From Cyanobacteria bacterium J06626_4 (lineage in GTDB: Bacteria > Cyanobacteriota > Cyanobacteriia > Phormidesmidales > Phormidesmidaceae): a stretch of DNA of 64,000 nucleotides. Positions 28,572-39,057 of the stretch are shown here, piece after piece; the stretch's first letter is position 1, and every line of letters begins with the position of its first letter. The position numbers and the translations under genes were made by a program. The stretch is taken from positions 32,001 to 96,000 of the forward strand of contig JBCBJQ010000002.1 of the NCBI GenBank assembly GCA_038523235.1, given 5' to 3'. Under the pieces are notes generated by a model. That model saw only the letters and a program-made list of their open reading frames with translations, ran no database searches and was not told the origin of the DNA.

Positions 28572-29762
28572 TCATTCAAACGGTGAGCTCAGCTGCGGGT
28601 TGGTCAAAAACGTTTCGTCCGTCAGACTGCGGAGAAACGCCAGCAGATCTTGCTTTTCCGCAGCCGTGAGGGTGAAGCCCTGGATAAAGTGACTCTTTAA
28701 AGGATTTTGACTGCCGACGCCCGCATCGGGGCCGGTTTCGATGGTGCGCCCCCCGGCCGCGTAGTGGGCGATCGCCTCCTCAAGGGTCGCTACACTGCCA
28801 TCATGCATATAGGGGGCCGTCACCTCGATGTTGCGCAGGGTGGGTGCTCTAAATTTGCCCATATCCGCCGCTTCATGGGTAATCTCCTTGACGCCGATAT
28901 TGTCGGGCGGATAAGCACCATTGCCGTCGAGGTTGTAAAGCCCGGTGTTGTGAAAGGCAATTTCGATAAAGCCCGATCGTTCATGACGAGCTGAGTCGCT
29001 GAAGTTGAGCCCGCTGTGACAGTGAAAGCATTCCAATCGCTCGCTGTTAAATAGGACTTCTCCCCGCTTGGCAGAGTCAGAAATCGCGTCGGGCTCGCCA
29101 CCGTAGCGATAGCGATCATAGGGAGAATTAAAGGAATTGAGGGTGCGCTCAAAGGCCGCGATCGCCAAACTAATATTCCGCACCGTCACCGGATTTTCGT
29201 CGCTAAACGCTGCTTGAAACCGCTGCTGATAGTCAGAATCGGTTTGCAAAGTTTGCAAGAGTTCGGTTTCTCGCCCAGCCATGCCCAATTCCACTGGCTC
29301 TTCGCCAAACAGGGGCACCAGCAGTTGCTGCTCCAGATGCTGCATCAGCGGATTGGCCCAGGTCTGCACAGAGTTATAGCCCACGTTGGTGAGACTCATA
29401 GAGTTGCGGGGATGCACCTCCCCAGTGGCTCCGGCAGGCAAGGTTTTGCCATCAGCAAACGCCAGATGTTGCAAATGACAGGTGGCACAGGAAAAGTCCC
29501 CCGTGACCGACAGGCGCGGTTCGTAAAACAGATGCCGTCCTAGCTCCACCTTGGCGGCAGTCATGGGATTATCGGCGGGCACTACAGGACGCGGCACCCA
29601 ATTCGGGAGCTGCCAGTCAAAGGTGGTTGCCTGGGTCGCCGTCGGCTCAAAGCTGCCGGCTCCGCTGGGGGAGTCATGGCCGAGAGCGGTTTCCACGCCG
29701 ATGGCCAGACCACACACGCAGAAACCAAGTAGTATCCAGGTTAGCCAACGGTGCGATCGCAT
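28572..29762 (-). CDS. mbnH: MbnH-family (MauG/CcP-like) di-heme enzyme
   Basis: Two CxxCH motifs (CATCH, CFHCH); KVELGRHLFYE, FRAPTLRNIEVTAPYMHDGS; signal peptide; adjacent to mbnP. Confidence 0.88.
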   Translation of the reverse strand: MRSHRWLTWILLGFCVCGLAIGVETALGHDSPSGAGSFEPTATQATTFDWQLPNWVPRPVVPADNPMTAAKVELGRHLFYEPRLSVTGDFSCATCHLQHLAFADGKTLPAGATGEVHPRNSMSLTNVGYNSVQTWANPLMQHLEQQLLVPLFGEEPVELGMAGRETELLQTLQTDSDYQQRFQAAFSDENPVTVRNISLAIAAFERTLNSFNSPYDRYRYGGEPDAISDSAKRGEVLFNSERLECFHCHSGLNFSDSARHERSGFIEIAFHNTGLYNLDGNGAYPPDNIGVKEITHEAADMGKFRAPTLRNIEVTAPYMHDGSVATLEEAIAHYAAGGRTIETGPDAGVGSQNPLKSHFIQGFTLTAAEKQDLLAFLRSLTDETFLTNPQLSSPFE

Positions 29763-29789
29763 AGTCTCCCCTGACGGTAGCTTCCGTCC

Positions 29790-30722
29790 TTATTTTACTC
29801 TGAAGAAAGTTTGCGCTTGCACTGGCTGGTCATTAAACGGCAGTCCCAGATTTTGCATGATGCCCGCACAGTCGCTATCCATCGGTGACGACATGCAGCC
29901 GAGCGCCGTATCTTCCTGATTTTCCGCGAGGTTGGTTTGCGACATAAGAGCGGCCAAGTCAGCGATAATCACATCCTGAGTGGGGTCAAAGTCCGTCAGC
30001 ATGACCTCAGGGCGATTGGGGATGCTACAGACCACGGGCGCTTGGGTCGCATCCATCTGACAGCCGACACTGCCGAGATGCACGGCAAACCCGTTAAACT
30101 CTTGGCCGTGCTGCTTGTCGGCAGCGGCGCTCTCGCTAGAGCTGGCCTGGGCTGTGTCGGTCGCTGGGGTAAAGTCAATGCGGGCAAACTTGTAGCCAAA
30201 GTTCCAGTTCCACCAGAGGGCGGTGAGGTTCAACGGTGAGGGTGCCAGGGTCGAGTCGATGTGGTTAAGGGCAAAGGGCACGCCGAGGACAAACTTGACC
30301 CCGGTGTAGTCGCCCGCCGGTACTGACCCGACAACCTGAGCGCGAGTTTCCACGGTGCCGTTGGCGCAGGCTCCAGACTTATCTTCAAAGTCAATGAGTG
30401 CCACGTTTTGATGCTGCCAAAGGCCATCCTGCTCTAAAATCAGCGGCACTTCATTGCCGTCCGCATCGATCAGGGCCACCTCGGAGACATAAAACCGGAA
30501 GTCCAAAGTCGTCATTGTAGTTGCGGGCGCCCCGATTTCATAGGCTTGGCCGCAGGCAAAGGCTTCGTCCCCGACCATGCCCTCAAACTGAAGAGTGACC
30601 GTTTCGCTATCAACGGCGATCGCAGGGGCTTGATACACCGCCACTCCCCCCAGTCCAGACAGCATTAGACCTGCCGCCAGCAGGGAATTGCGAGTGAGTC
30701 GTTGCGGCATCGTATTTGTCAT
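29790..30722 (-). CDS. mbnP: MbnP-family copper-binding protein (metallo-mystery-pair Cys-motif protein)
   Basis: FACG, DFRFYVSEV, FEDKSGACANG, LGVPFALNH, LWWNWNFGYKF (WxW), HLGSVGC, GCMS...DC. Confidence 0.87.
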   Translation of the reverse strand: MTNTMPQRLTRNSLLAAGLMLSGLGGVAVYQAPAIAVDSETVTLQFEGMVGDEAFACGQAYEIGAPATTMTTLDFRFYVSEVALIDADGNEVPLILEQDGLWQHQNVALIDFEDKSGACANGTVETRAQVVGSVPAGDYTGVKFVLGVPFALNHIDSTLAPSPLNLTALWWNWNFGYKFARIDFTPATDTAQASSSESAAADKQHGQEFNGFAVHLGSVGCQMDATQAPVVCSIPNRPEVMLTDFDPTQDVIIADLAALMSQTNLAENQEDTALGCMSSPMDSDCAGIMQNLGLPFNDQPVQAQTFFRVK

Positions 30723-30822
30723 GGCTTTTCTCTTCCTTTTGTTAAATAAACTCAGTTTTGATATCGATCATCCGTGACGTGGCGGTAGCACCGCCAAAGA
30801 TAAACAGGGGGCGTCAGCAGGG

Positions 30823-33279
30823 CTAAAATCTCGCTCGGTATTGGATGCCATAGGTCGCTGGCGCGCCATAGGTTGACGGCAGTAGCGCGCCCCCAAAGAA
30901 AAAGGCCTGGGTGGTGAAAGGCCGATAGTCAAAGATGTTATTGGCAAAGAGATAGACCCCCTGGTTAGCGTCAAATTCATAGCCCAGCCGACCATTAACC
31001 AAAACATACGGTTCTTGCTTGAGCGAATTGTCGTCATTGAAAAAAGTAGTGCCAAATCCTAGCAGTTCGAGGCGACCAAAGATGCCATTGGGCGAGCGGT
31101 ACTGGGCAGCCACATTGAAGGTGTAGTCCGGCGAGTAGGGCAGCGTATTGCCGTCGAAGTTGCCCAGACTCGGATCTTCGTAGTCGGTGTAGGTGGCGTC
31201 AAGATAGCCCAAGCCCGCCGTCAAGTCGAGGCCATCAATGGGCGTCGCCCGCAGTTCGGCTTCGATGCCGTTGATGGTGACCCTCGCGTTGTCCACAAAG
31301 CCAAACAAGCCTGTCGCCGGATCAGTCGAGGGCACTTGATAATCTTCAACCGGATTGTGAAAGAAGGTCAGGTTAGCCGTGAGGCGATCGTCCAGCCAAG
31401 ACGATCGCAACCCCACTTCGTAGTTCCAAGATGTCTCAGCATCAAAGAACAGTTGCCCTGGCTGGGTCGCCCGAAAGTTGACGCCCTGAGCTCGATAGCC
31501 GCGAGTGATCGAGCCGTAGACCATCACGTCTGGCGTAACCTGATACTCGACCGCCACGCGGGGAATTAGCTGGTCACCATCGTTGCTTTCATCCTCAAAC
31601 GCCGCCACTCCTAAAAGCGACTCGGCCCGATTTTCTACCAGGGTGCTGTTGAAGATTTCGTACCGTAAGCCTGCTGTTAAGGTTAGCGGGTCGATGGGTC
31701 GATAGCTCACCTGACCAAAGGCAGCGTAGGTATCTTCATCGATTTCCGCCTGGGTGACGCTAATACTCGGGCCAATCCGAAAGCCTTCTTCATTCACGTT
31801 AAAGTCTCGATGCTCGTAGTATGCGCCGACTAACCAAGTGAAGGGGGCGGCTTCATCCACCGATTGCAGGCGCAGTTCCTGACTTAAAACAGTTGAGTCA
31901 ATGTCTACGAACTGCTCAAGCTGATCTAGCTGAGTGCCGTCCGAATCATTGAGAAATTCTTGGTCAGAAAAACGCCGCGCCGAAATCGACGTAAAACGAA
32001 AACGGGAACCTGCATAAGCCACCCGCAGCGACTGGGCGTTGGTGTCCAGATTATTAAAGCCATCGACGTTGATGTCGGTTTCTGAAGGATCTTGTCCCAA
32101 GTCGGGACGGCTGATGGGTGGCGTGCCGTCACGATAGAAATCCAGTGAGGCATTCAGAGTAACTTCCCAGTCTTCTGAGGGGGTCCACAGCAGCCGTAGG
32201 CGACCTCGCCCGCCCGATTCGCCATCGACGCCCTGCTCAGTGACGGTGTTGAAGAGATAGCCGTCGCGCCGATCAAGGCTGCCCGACGCTCGCAAAAACA
32301 GCTTGTCTTCGATTAGTGGTTCGTTGATCGCAACCCTGGCATCGACGTTGTTGTAGTTGCCAAACCCCAACACGGCGCTGTATTCGGACTCATTGGTGGG
32401 CGGCCGCGTCACGATATTGACCACACCGGCCTCAGCATTGCGGCCATACAGCGTCGATTGCGGGCCGCGCAGCACTTCTACCCGTTCCAAATCCGCCAGG
32501 TCAAGATCGAGAAATCCGGTGTAGTCGTAGGGCACGTCATCGATGTAGAACGCGACCGGGTCTCTGGACAGAAAGTTGAAGTTGCTCAAACCTCGAACGC
32601 TGTACAGCAGAAAGTTGCGGCCGGGGGTGTAGACAGTGAAGTTGGGGGTTAACCCGGCAATCTGTTCAATCGACGTGATGTCGGCATCTTCAAGCTCATC
32701 TTCAGTGAAGGCGGTGATGCTGATGGGCACGTCTTGCAGATCGTCCGGCTGTTTTTCCGCAGTAACGGTAATGCGAATGGGCTCAACGGCGATCGCGGCC
32801 ACAGGTGCCACCACGCTCAGCGTCAAGCCATTCGCGGTGGAGACAATCTCTCCGGTGGGGGGCGCATCCAGACCGGTGATGCGGACTTGGACTTGATTGT
32901 CGGTAAGGGCGATCGCCTCAACGCTGGCAATGCCCTCGGTTGGCTCAGTTTGGATGAACGGTTCAGCCAATTGAGCATTGGGAATATCGATAATGAGCTG
33001 ATTGCCTGCCGTAGAGAAAGTGCCTGCTAGCGCTTCGCCCTGCGCCGTCTCGATGACTAAATCCAGTCCTTGCTCAGTGGGAATCACCCCAACGCGGGTG
33101 ATCGTGGCCGGAGCCGGGGCTTGGGCAAGCTGACCTGTCATTGCCAGAACCGTACTCTCTGTAAGAGAGGATGCAGTCAATCCTGGCTCGGCATAAGCTA
33201 ACGGAATGAGGGCAATTGCTACCCCAAACCCAGTAACTCCCTGCCTGATAAATCGTGTATGCATCCGTGTCCGTACCAT
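30823..33279 (-). CDS. TonB-dependent receptor with AMIN domain (FyuA-like)
   Basis: VTAEK...LQDVPISIT, LERVEVLRGPQSTLYGRN; C-terminal YRARF. Confidence 0.93.
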   Translation of the reverse strand: MVRTRMHTRFIRQGVTGFGVAIALIPLAYAEPGLTASSLTESTVLAMTGQLAQAPAPATITRVGVIPTEQGLDLVIETAQGEALAGTFSTAGNQLIIDIPNAQLAEPFIQTEPTEGIASVEAIALTDNQVQVRITGLDAPPTGEIVSTANGLTLSVVAPVAAIAVEPIRITVTAEKQPDDLQDVPISITAFTEDELEDADITSIEQIAGLTPNFTVYTPGRNFLLYSVRGLSNFNFLSRDPVAFYIDDVPYDYTGFLDLDLADLERVEVLRGPQSTLYGRNAEAGVVNIVTRPPTNESEYSAVLGFGNYNNVDARVAINEPLIEDKLFLRASGSLDRRDGYLFNTVTEQGVDGESGGRGRLRLLWTPSEDWEVTLNASLDFYRDGTPPISRPDLGQDPSETDINVDGFNNLDTNAQSLRVAYAGSRFRFTSISARRFSDQEFLNDSDGTQLDQLEQFVDIDSTVLSQELRLQSVDEAAPFTWLVGAYYEHRDFNVNEEGFRIGPSISVTQAEIDEDTYAAFGQVSYRPIDPLTLTAGLRYEIFNSTLVENRAESLLGVAAFEDESNDGDQLIPRVAVEYQVTPDVMVYGSITRGYRAQGVNFRATQPGQLFFDAETSWNYEVGLRSSWLDDRLTANLTFFHNPVEDYQVPSTDPATGLFGFVDNARVTINGIEAELRATPIDGLDLTAGLGYLDATYTDYEDPSLGNFDGNTLPYSPDYTFNVAAQYRSPNGIFGRLELLGFGTTFFNDDNSLKQEPYVLVNGRLGYEFDANQGVYLFANNIFDYRPFTTQAFFFGGALLPSTYGAPATYGIQYRARF

Positions 33280-33547
33280 CCAACTTACTCACACCCACGG
33301 CATAGGAGAAAGCTCTACCAAAGGGAGATTCTCAAGCATTCTACAGTAACTGGAGAATACGAAATATGGATTTTATCTAACTAATCACGATGGAGAAAAT
33401 CACCTTAGAGTGGCGGCGATCGCCCCCGCATTTGTACAAGTAACGCTTTAACTACGCCCGCATCTCGTGAATCGAGGTTACGTTAACGACGGTAAGTTTC
33501 TGATTGCCATGGCCCAACTGCCCCAACCTGGTTGAACATAAGGAGAA

Positions 33548-34045
33548 TTATCCTTGAAGCCGCGATCGCAGAGATTTTGCCGTCGCGCTCAGTTCCGAGT
33601 CGGGTACCCGTGGCCGCTCTCGAAACGTAATCGTTTGCTCGGTGATGTATTGCCTTGATGTGATGTCCGTGGCTGCTACCATCGGCACCACGTGAGCATG
33701 AGCATGGGGAATATCCCCGCCCGTAAATAAGAATGCCACCCGGTCCACCGCAAATAAATCTCTGAGGATGGGGGCTAACTGCTGCCCCACGCTGGCTATT
33801 TCAGTCAAGGTCTCCAGCGGTATCGTGTCGTAATAATCGAAGTGGGCGCGGGGGATAATCTGTATGTGTCCAGTTCTGATGGGACGAATGTCTAAAAACG
33901 CGACTACTTTCGGAGACTCATATACAAAATGAGCAGGCAGATGCCCCGCGGCGATACGGCAGAATAAACAGTGCTCGATGTAGCCGTGAGTTATACCGAT
34001 TTTTACTCCGGGTTTGGAACAGAAAGTAGAGGTTCCCAAACACAA
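33548..34045 (-). CDS. HIT-family nucleotide hydrolase
   Basis: CLFCRI, AFLDIRPIRTGH, HAHAH triad; start codon uncertain. Confidence 0.85.
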   Translation of the reverse strand: MCLGTSTFCSKPGVKIGITHGYIEHCLFCRIAAGHLPAHFVYESPKVVAFLDIRPIRTGHIQIIPRAHFDYYDTIPLETLTEIASVGQQLAPILRDLFAVDRVAFLFTGGDIPHAHAHVVPMVAATDITSRQYITEQTITFRERPRVPDSELSATAKSLRSRLQG

Positions 34046-34155
34046 ATCGACTCTACATCCTTGATTCCTCCTGCCGAGAGAGACTTGGCATCTGGCTCTC
34101 TCGGCGGGAGCAGGAATTGGAGCGCGATTTTGCCCAACGTATCCTCAGCCCCAAA

Positions 34156-34461
34156 TCATGTCAGCGACTGGAGGGCATCCCCCGACTGCACCCGCCACAG
34201 CTTCGCATACCGGCCATTTCGCGACAGCAATTCCTTGTGGGTTCCCTGCTCCACAATTTGCCCCGCCTCCATCACATAAATGCAGTCAGCCTGGCGAATC
34301 GTCGAGAGGCGATGGGCGATCGCGATCGTCGTGCGATTCTGTGTAATCTTGGCCAAGGATTTCTGAATGGCCGCTTCCGTTTCGTTATCGACGGCAGATG
34401 TGGCTTCATCTAAAACAAGAATAGGTGGGTCTTTGAGGACAGCACGAGCGATCGCCCGCAC
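34156..34461 (-). pseudogene. C-terminal fragment of an ABC transporter ATPase
   Basis: [23 protein letters not shown]...IAHRLST present; Walker A, LSGGQ and TMD missing. Confidence 0.8.
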
Positions 34462-34660
34462 CGAGATTCCACTTCAAGGTTTAGCCCTAAAGTTCGTCAA
34501 CGCTGGGAACAAGCGGAGTCGTGAGCTGGACTAGAGAACCCTCAAATCGACTCAGACTTTTCCATGCAGGGACAAAGATATAAATCTGTTGAACTCGGAT
34601 CATCCTTGGGGCGAGGCTGTTGTCGAATAGTTGATAGCTGCTGCCATATCTTCATCAGTG

Positions 34661-36409
34661 TTAGACACAATTGCCTTGTCGCCAGGTTTGTGATTGTTGC
34701 TGTATCGCCCACATAGCCGCGTAGCGTCCTTGCTGAGCAAGTAACTGTGGGTGTGAGCCACGTTCAATAATCTGGCCATCGGCTAGAACAAGAATTAAAT
34801 CGGCTCCGACTGTGGTCGAGAGCCGATGGGCAATTACGATCACGGTTTTGTCAACCACAAGGCGATTGATGGCTTCTTGCACCGCGACTTCACTTTCCGT
34901 GTCTAGCGCCGAGGTGGGTTCGTCGAGCAAGACGATAGGGGCATCTTTAAGCATGGCGCGAGCAATGGAAAGGCGCTGACGCTCACCGCCAGACAGGGCA
35001 CCCCCAATGTCACCAATGCGGGTGTCATACCCCTGGGGCAGTCGGGCAATAAAGTCATGGCAGTTAGCGGCTCGGGCAGCTGCTTCGACCTCGGTATCGG
35101 TAGCCTCAGATTTAGCCATCCGGATATTGTTGAGAATAGTGTCGTCAAACAAATACACATCTTGAAAGACGACTGAGATCGACCGCATCAAATCGGCTGG
35201 TTCAACCTGTCGGATATCGACAGGGCCAATGCGAATGGCTCCCTCCTGAACATCGGCAAAGCGGCTGATTAAGCGAGTGATCGTAGTTTTGCCACTGCCG
35301 GAAGGTCCAACCAGCGCTGTGAGCGATCGCACAGGCGCTTGAAACGAAACATCCCGTAGCGCCCAGGCCGTTTGTTCAGCATAGTGAAAGGATACCTGGT
35401 CAAAGGTGATGTCAAAACGGGTCAACTGAGCTGGCGGCCTTTGCACGGGCAGGGCCGGAATCTGCATCACCGCTTCGATGCGCTCCAGGCCGATTTCCAT
35501 TAAATCAAAAATGCTGGTGAGCCCGACGAGTTGGGCTACCGGTTCAGTGAACCGCATGGCAATCACAATTAGGGCTAACAGGGCAGGTATGGAAAGGCTA
35601 CCTTGCAAGATGAACAGAACCCCCAGGCCAATGACGACCAAAATGCCGACTTCAACAAGCGTCGCCATCGTTATGAGGGGCAGACTAACGAGGCGTTGTC
35701 CTTGTGCTTGCGCGGCCCGCTGGTGTTCTAGAGCTGCTTGTAGCCGTTGCGATCGCACCCCAACTTGCTGGGTCGCTCGCAACACCGGTAGCCCCTGAGC
35801 ATATTCCACCACTCGGGAGGCGGTGTCGGCATTGGCGGCAGCCACTTCTCGCAGCGTGCGTTTGACCCGCGATCGCATCTGTCGATAAACCGGAATAGCC
35901 AGCGGAAACGTCACCAGTAGAGCAATGGCTAAGCGCCAATCAATCAATAGCGTAATGAGCACAATCACTGAGGGCACCACGACTGTTTGAATCACCAGCG
36001 TAGACAGGCTACCAATCCACATCACCAGTTCGCTGACGTTGCCGTTCATCACCACATTGAGATCGCCCGACTGTCGCCGATTGAGCGCTTGTAAGGGTAT
36101 CCGTCTGAGTTGTTGGCCCAAGCGTAAGCGGGTGTTGTGGGCCACGTCGGTAGAAGTCAGCCAGCTAAAATCCAACTCTTGCCAGCGGAGCAGCCCCTCA
36201 ACAACAACTAAAACTCCAAATAGCGCTAGGAGTACCCAGACCCGCTGCGCGGCAATGGGCCGAGCCATTAAGGCTGACAGCAGCGGAAAAAACAGGGCAA
36301 AGATGATGCCTTGAAGAATGGAGGCGATGACGGATAAGAGGAGAGCCTTTTGCAGCTGTGGTTTATAGGCACCAGCAACGTTCATCATGCGGCGGTAGGT
36401 TTTGAGCAT
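34661..36409 (-). CDS. ABC transporter, fused TMD-NBD (YbtQ/IrtB-like)
   Basis: GPSGSGKTT, LSGGERQR, LLDEPT; N-terminal TMD. Confidence 0.9.
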   Translation of the reverse strand: MLKTYRRMMNVAGAYKPQLQKALLLSVIASILQGIIFALFFPLLSALMARPIAAQRVWVLLALFGVLVVVEGLLRWQELDFSWLTSTDVAHNTRLRLGQQLRRIPLQALNRRQSGDLNVVMNGNVSELVMWIGSLSTLVIQTVVVPSVIVLITLLIDWRLAIALLVTFPLAIPVYRQMRSRVKRTLREVAAANADTASRVVEYAQGLPVLRATQQVGVRSQRLQAALEHQRAAQAQGQRLVSLPLITMATLVEVGILVVIGLGVLFILQGSLSIPALLALIVIAMRFTEPVAQLVGLTSIFDLMEIGLERIEAVMQIPALPVQRPPAQLTRFDITFDQVSFHYAEQTAWALRDVSFQAPVRSLTALVGPSGSGKTTITRLISRFADVQEGAIRIGPVDIRQVEPADLMRSISVVFQDVYLFDDTILNNIRMAKSEATDTEVEAAARAANCHDFIARLPQGYDTRIGDIGGALSGGERQRLSIARAMLKDAPIVLLDEPTSALDTESEVAVQEAINRLVVDKTVIVIAHRLSTTVGADLILVLADGQIIERGSHPQLLAQQGRYAAMWAIQQQSQTWRQGNCV

Positions 36410-36526
36410 GGTTCAGTAGTGATGGAAGGCAATGGAAAACAAGTCGTGAGATCCGAGCGGTGAGCGGTCATATTGAGCGTTTTCAAACAGCCTGTTGCTG
36501 AAGTGAGTCGGTCGTTCTAAAACAGA

Positions 36527-37111
36527 CTAAAGCAGACCGGGCAATAACCGCTTGGTCTGGTCCATGTAGGCCTGATACTGGTCGCCAAATTGCGCTAGCA
36601 TCATGGCTTCTTCCTTGCCGACGCGCAAACAGTACAGAGTGCCGAAGGCCAGAATTCCCGACAAACCCGCCATCCAATTGGTTAACAGCAGCCCTTGGGC
36701 CAGACTCCACAGCCAAATTGCCGTATACATCGGGTGACGAATCGTTCGATAGATACCGGCAGTCACCAGGGTATGGTCTTCTCGCACTTGCAATGTGGGC
36801 GACCAGTTTTTGCCCAAATCGCGATGGGAGAGCCAAAACAGCCACAGTGCGATCGCAAATATCAGTACCCCGAGAAGGTTAGCCCAAATCGGCAACGAGT
36901 AATTCGCAAACCTGAGCCAGGGAGTCACGATGTAGACCACGGGAAGAACAAACATGCCCAGAAAGACCAAGCCCAGCAATATTTTTTCCTGAAGGGTCTT
37001 GCGATCGTCGGCAATCACGTTTTGCTTTTGCACTCGCTGGTGGGGAATGCGGATGATCGTGCTAGCCATTAAGCCCATCAGGAAAACGATTTTGAGTGTG
37101 AGCGTTTCCAT
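36527..37111 (-). CDS. Isoprenylcysteine carboxyl methyltransferase (ICMT) family membrane protein
   Basis: LGKNWS...HTLVTAGIYRTIRHPMY...EEAMM...FGDQY. Confidence 0.88.
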   Translation of the reverse strand: METLTLKIVFLMGLMASTIIRIPHQRVQKQNVIADDRKTLQEKILLGLVFLGMFVLPVVYIVTPWLRFANYSLPIWANLLGVLIFAIALWLFWLSHRDLGKNWSPTLQVREDHTLVTAGIYRTIRHPMYTAIWLWSLAQGLLLTNWMAGLSGILAFGTLYCLRVGKEEAMMLAQFGDQYQAYMDQTKRLLPGLL

Positions 37112-37149
37112 CTTTAAACCTCGTCATCAAAAAGTCTCGTAGTTAAATT

Positions 37150-38949
37150 TCAATTAGGGTGGGTAAACGCTGCCGACAAGCGGTCAGAGCGAACCCCTAA
37201 CTCCCAATTTTGGGCCTGCTGATATCGTGACCAGAGTCTGGCATACACACCGTTGGCCGCGACTAGTTCGTCATGCTTACCCAGCTCCACCAACCGGCCC
37301 CGATCGAGAACGGCAATTTGGTCGGCGCTCATGATAGAAGGCAGGCGATGGGCAATGACAACCAAGGTTTTGCCTTGGGTGAGTGCCGCGATCGCAGCTT
37401 GGATCAGCGCCGCATTCTCAGGGTCAGCAAACGCGGTCGCTTCGTCTAGCACGACGATAGGATTGTCTTGCAAGATGGCGCGGGCAATGGTGATTCGCTG
37501 GCGCTGTCCGCCGGAGAGCCGCGCGCCCCGTTCTCCCGCGATAGTGTCGTAACCGTTCGGCAACGTGAGGATAAACTCGTGGGCCTGAGCCGCCTGAGCC
37601 GCTGCCGCCACCTCTGCATCTGTGGCCTGGGGTCGACCGAGCTTGATGTTATTGCGAATCGTGTCGTGCAGCAAAAAAGTGTCTTGAAACACAAACGACA
37701 CCCGAGACATCAGCGTTTCAGAGGTCATCTGCCGGACATCGACACCGCCAATTTGAACGGCCCCATCGGTCACATCCCAAAACCGGGGAATCAAACGGGC
37801 CAGGGTGGTTTTACCCGCCCCCGACGGCCCGACCAGGGCAGTGACGGTGCCAGCCGGTATCGTCAGCGACACGTCTCGCAGGGCAGGACGCCCTTCACCA
37901 TAGAAAAAGGTGACGTGATTGAATGCGATCGAGGCATCCTGGGGCACCTTGGGTTGTTCCGGCTGAGGCAAGGCCGGTTCCGCCAAAACCGAACTAATGC
38001 GCAGCGCCCCTGCATTGGCTTGGTTAATGAAATACGACAGCGTGAAGATGGGTTTGAATGCTCCACACAGTCGCGGTGCCAGCAAGAGAAACACGAGCAG
38101 TCGCGGGAAGGTCAGCGTCCCTTGTATCATCAGCCCCGTCCCTACCGCTGAGACCACCAGCAACGTGGGCAGCGGTTCAAATAGCAAGGTGCCCAATCGC
38201 CCTGAGAGCTGGGTTTTAGCGTTCCAGTCCCGCAGCTTTTGCGTAAAGGCATCGAGAGATTGTTGAAACCGGGCGAACGAGCTGCTGCCATCATCAAAGG
38301 TACGCACCACCTGCATCCCTTGTACAAACTCAATGATGACGCCGTTGATTTGTTCATTGGCGCGATCGTAGGCAAGGCGCTGTTCAGCATAGTCCCGCAG
38401 CGCTAACCGAATAAAGATCATCCCTACGGGCAGCACTGCCAGAGTGACCAATCCCAGCCGCCAGTCCGCCCCAAACAGAGCAATCAGGGACAGGATTGGA
38501 ATCGCATAGGCTTGCCCAATCAGCGGGGTACTGTCAGCCACAAAGGCGTGGAGTGATTGCACATCATCTTGTACCCACTTTTTGATGGCCCCTGAACCGG
38601 TCGTCACCACGTAGCCGAGCGGCACCTGAGCCAGATGCTCGGCCATGGCCGTTCGCACAATTACTTCTAGCTTGAAGGCGGCCAGGTGGGAAACGTTAAA
38701 GGCCAGTGCCCTGGAGGTGAAGGCGATCGCGACCAGCCCTACCGCCACGGCCAGCCAGCGCCAGATGAGAGTCGGCTCTGGCGACCCCGAGAGGAGTTCT
38801 GCTGCAATGAATGGCACCGTCAGTAAGGAGCCAAGACTGGTCAGAGCACTGAGTGCAGAAAGTGCGATCGCGCTGGCAATACGACCTTTGACTGGAGCCA
38901 TTATGCTCCAGATCCCAGTAGGCGGCTGAGCAAACGCGGATTGAGTCAT
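37150..38949 (-). CDS. ABC transporter, fused TMD-NBD (YbtP/IrtA-like, no reductase domain)
   Basis: SHLAAF, GSGAIKK motifs; GPSGAGKTT; LSGGQRQR; LDEATAFADPEN. Confidence 0.9.
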   Translation of the reverse strand: MTQSAFAQPPTGIWSIMAPVKGRIASAIALSALSALTSLGSLLTVPFIAAELLSGSPEPTLIWRWLAVAVGLVAIAFTSRALAFNVSHLAAFKLEVIVRTAMAEHLAQVPLGYVVTTGSGAIKKWVQDDVQSLHAFVADSTPLIGQAYAIPILSLIALFGADWRLGLVTLAVLPVGMIFIRLALRDYAEQRLAYDRANEQINGVIIEFVQGMQVVRTFDDGSSSFARFQQSLDAFTQKLRDWNAKTQLSGRLGTLLFEPLPTLLVVSAVGTGLMIQGTLTFPRLLVFLLLAPRLCGAFKPIFTLSYFINQANAGALRISSVLAEPALPQPEQPKVPQDASIAFNHVTFFYGEGRPALRDVSLTIPAGTVTALVGPSGAGKTTLARLIPRFWDVTDGAVQIGGVDVRQMTSETLMSRVSFVFQDTFLLHDTIRNNIKLGRPQATDAEVAAAAQAAQAHEFILTLPNGYDTIAGERGARLSGGQRQRITIARAILQDNPIVVLDEATAFADPENAALIQAAIAALTQGKTLVVIAHRLPSIMSADQIAVLDRGRLVELGKHDELVAANGVYARLWSRYQQAQNWELGVRSDRLSAAFTHPN

Positions 38950-38998
38950 GATCTTTTAGAGGAAGACACAGCGGTATGGCGATATCCGTTCGGCAGCT

Positions 38999-39017
38999 AA
39001 TGAGAACTATTCTCAAG
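38999..39017. promoter_or_regulatory. Fur-box-like site upstream of the ABC operon
   Basis: AATGAGAACTATTCTCAAG. Confidence 0.78.
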
Positions 39018-39057
39018 AACTGAGGCCAGCTTAGCAAATTAAAAAGAGTTTGAGGGG

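Noticed and set aside
34661..38949. ABC pair as the type I secretion system for the giant proteins
   Set aside because: Motifs and context fit YbtPQ/IrtAB-like importers; no HlyD adaptor or C39-like domain, so any T1SS must be encoded elsewhere
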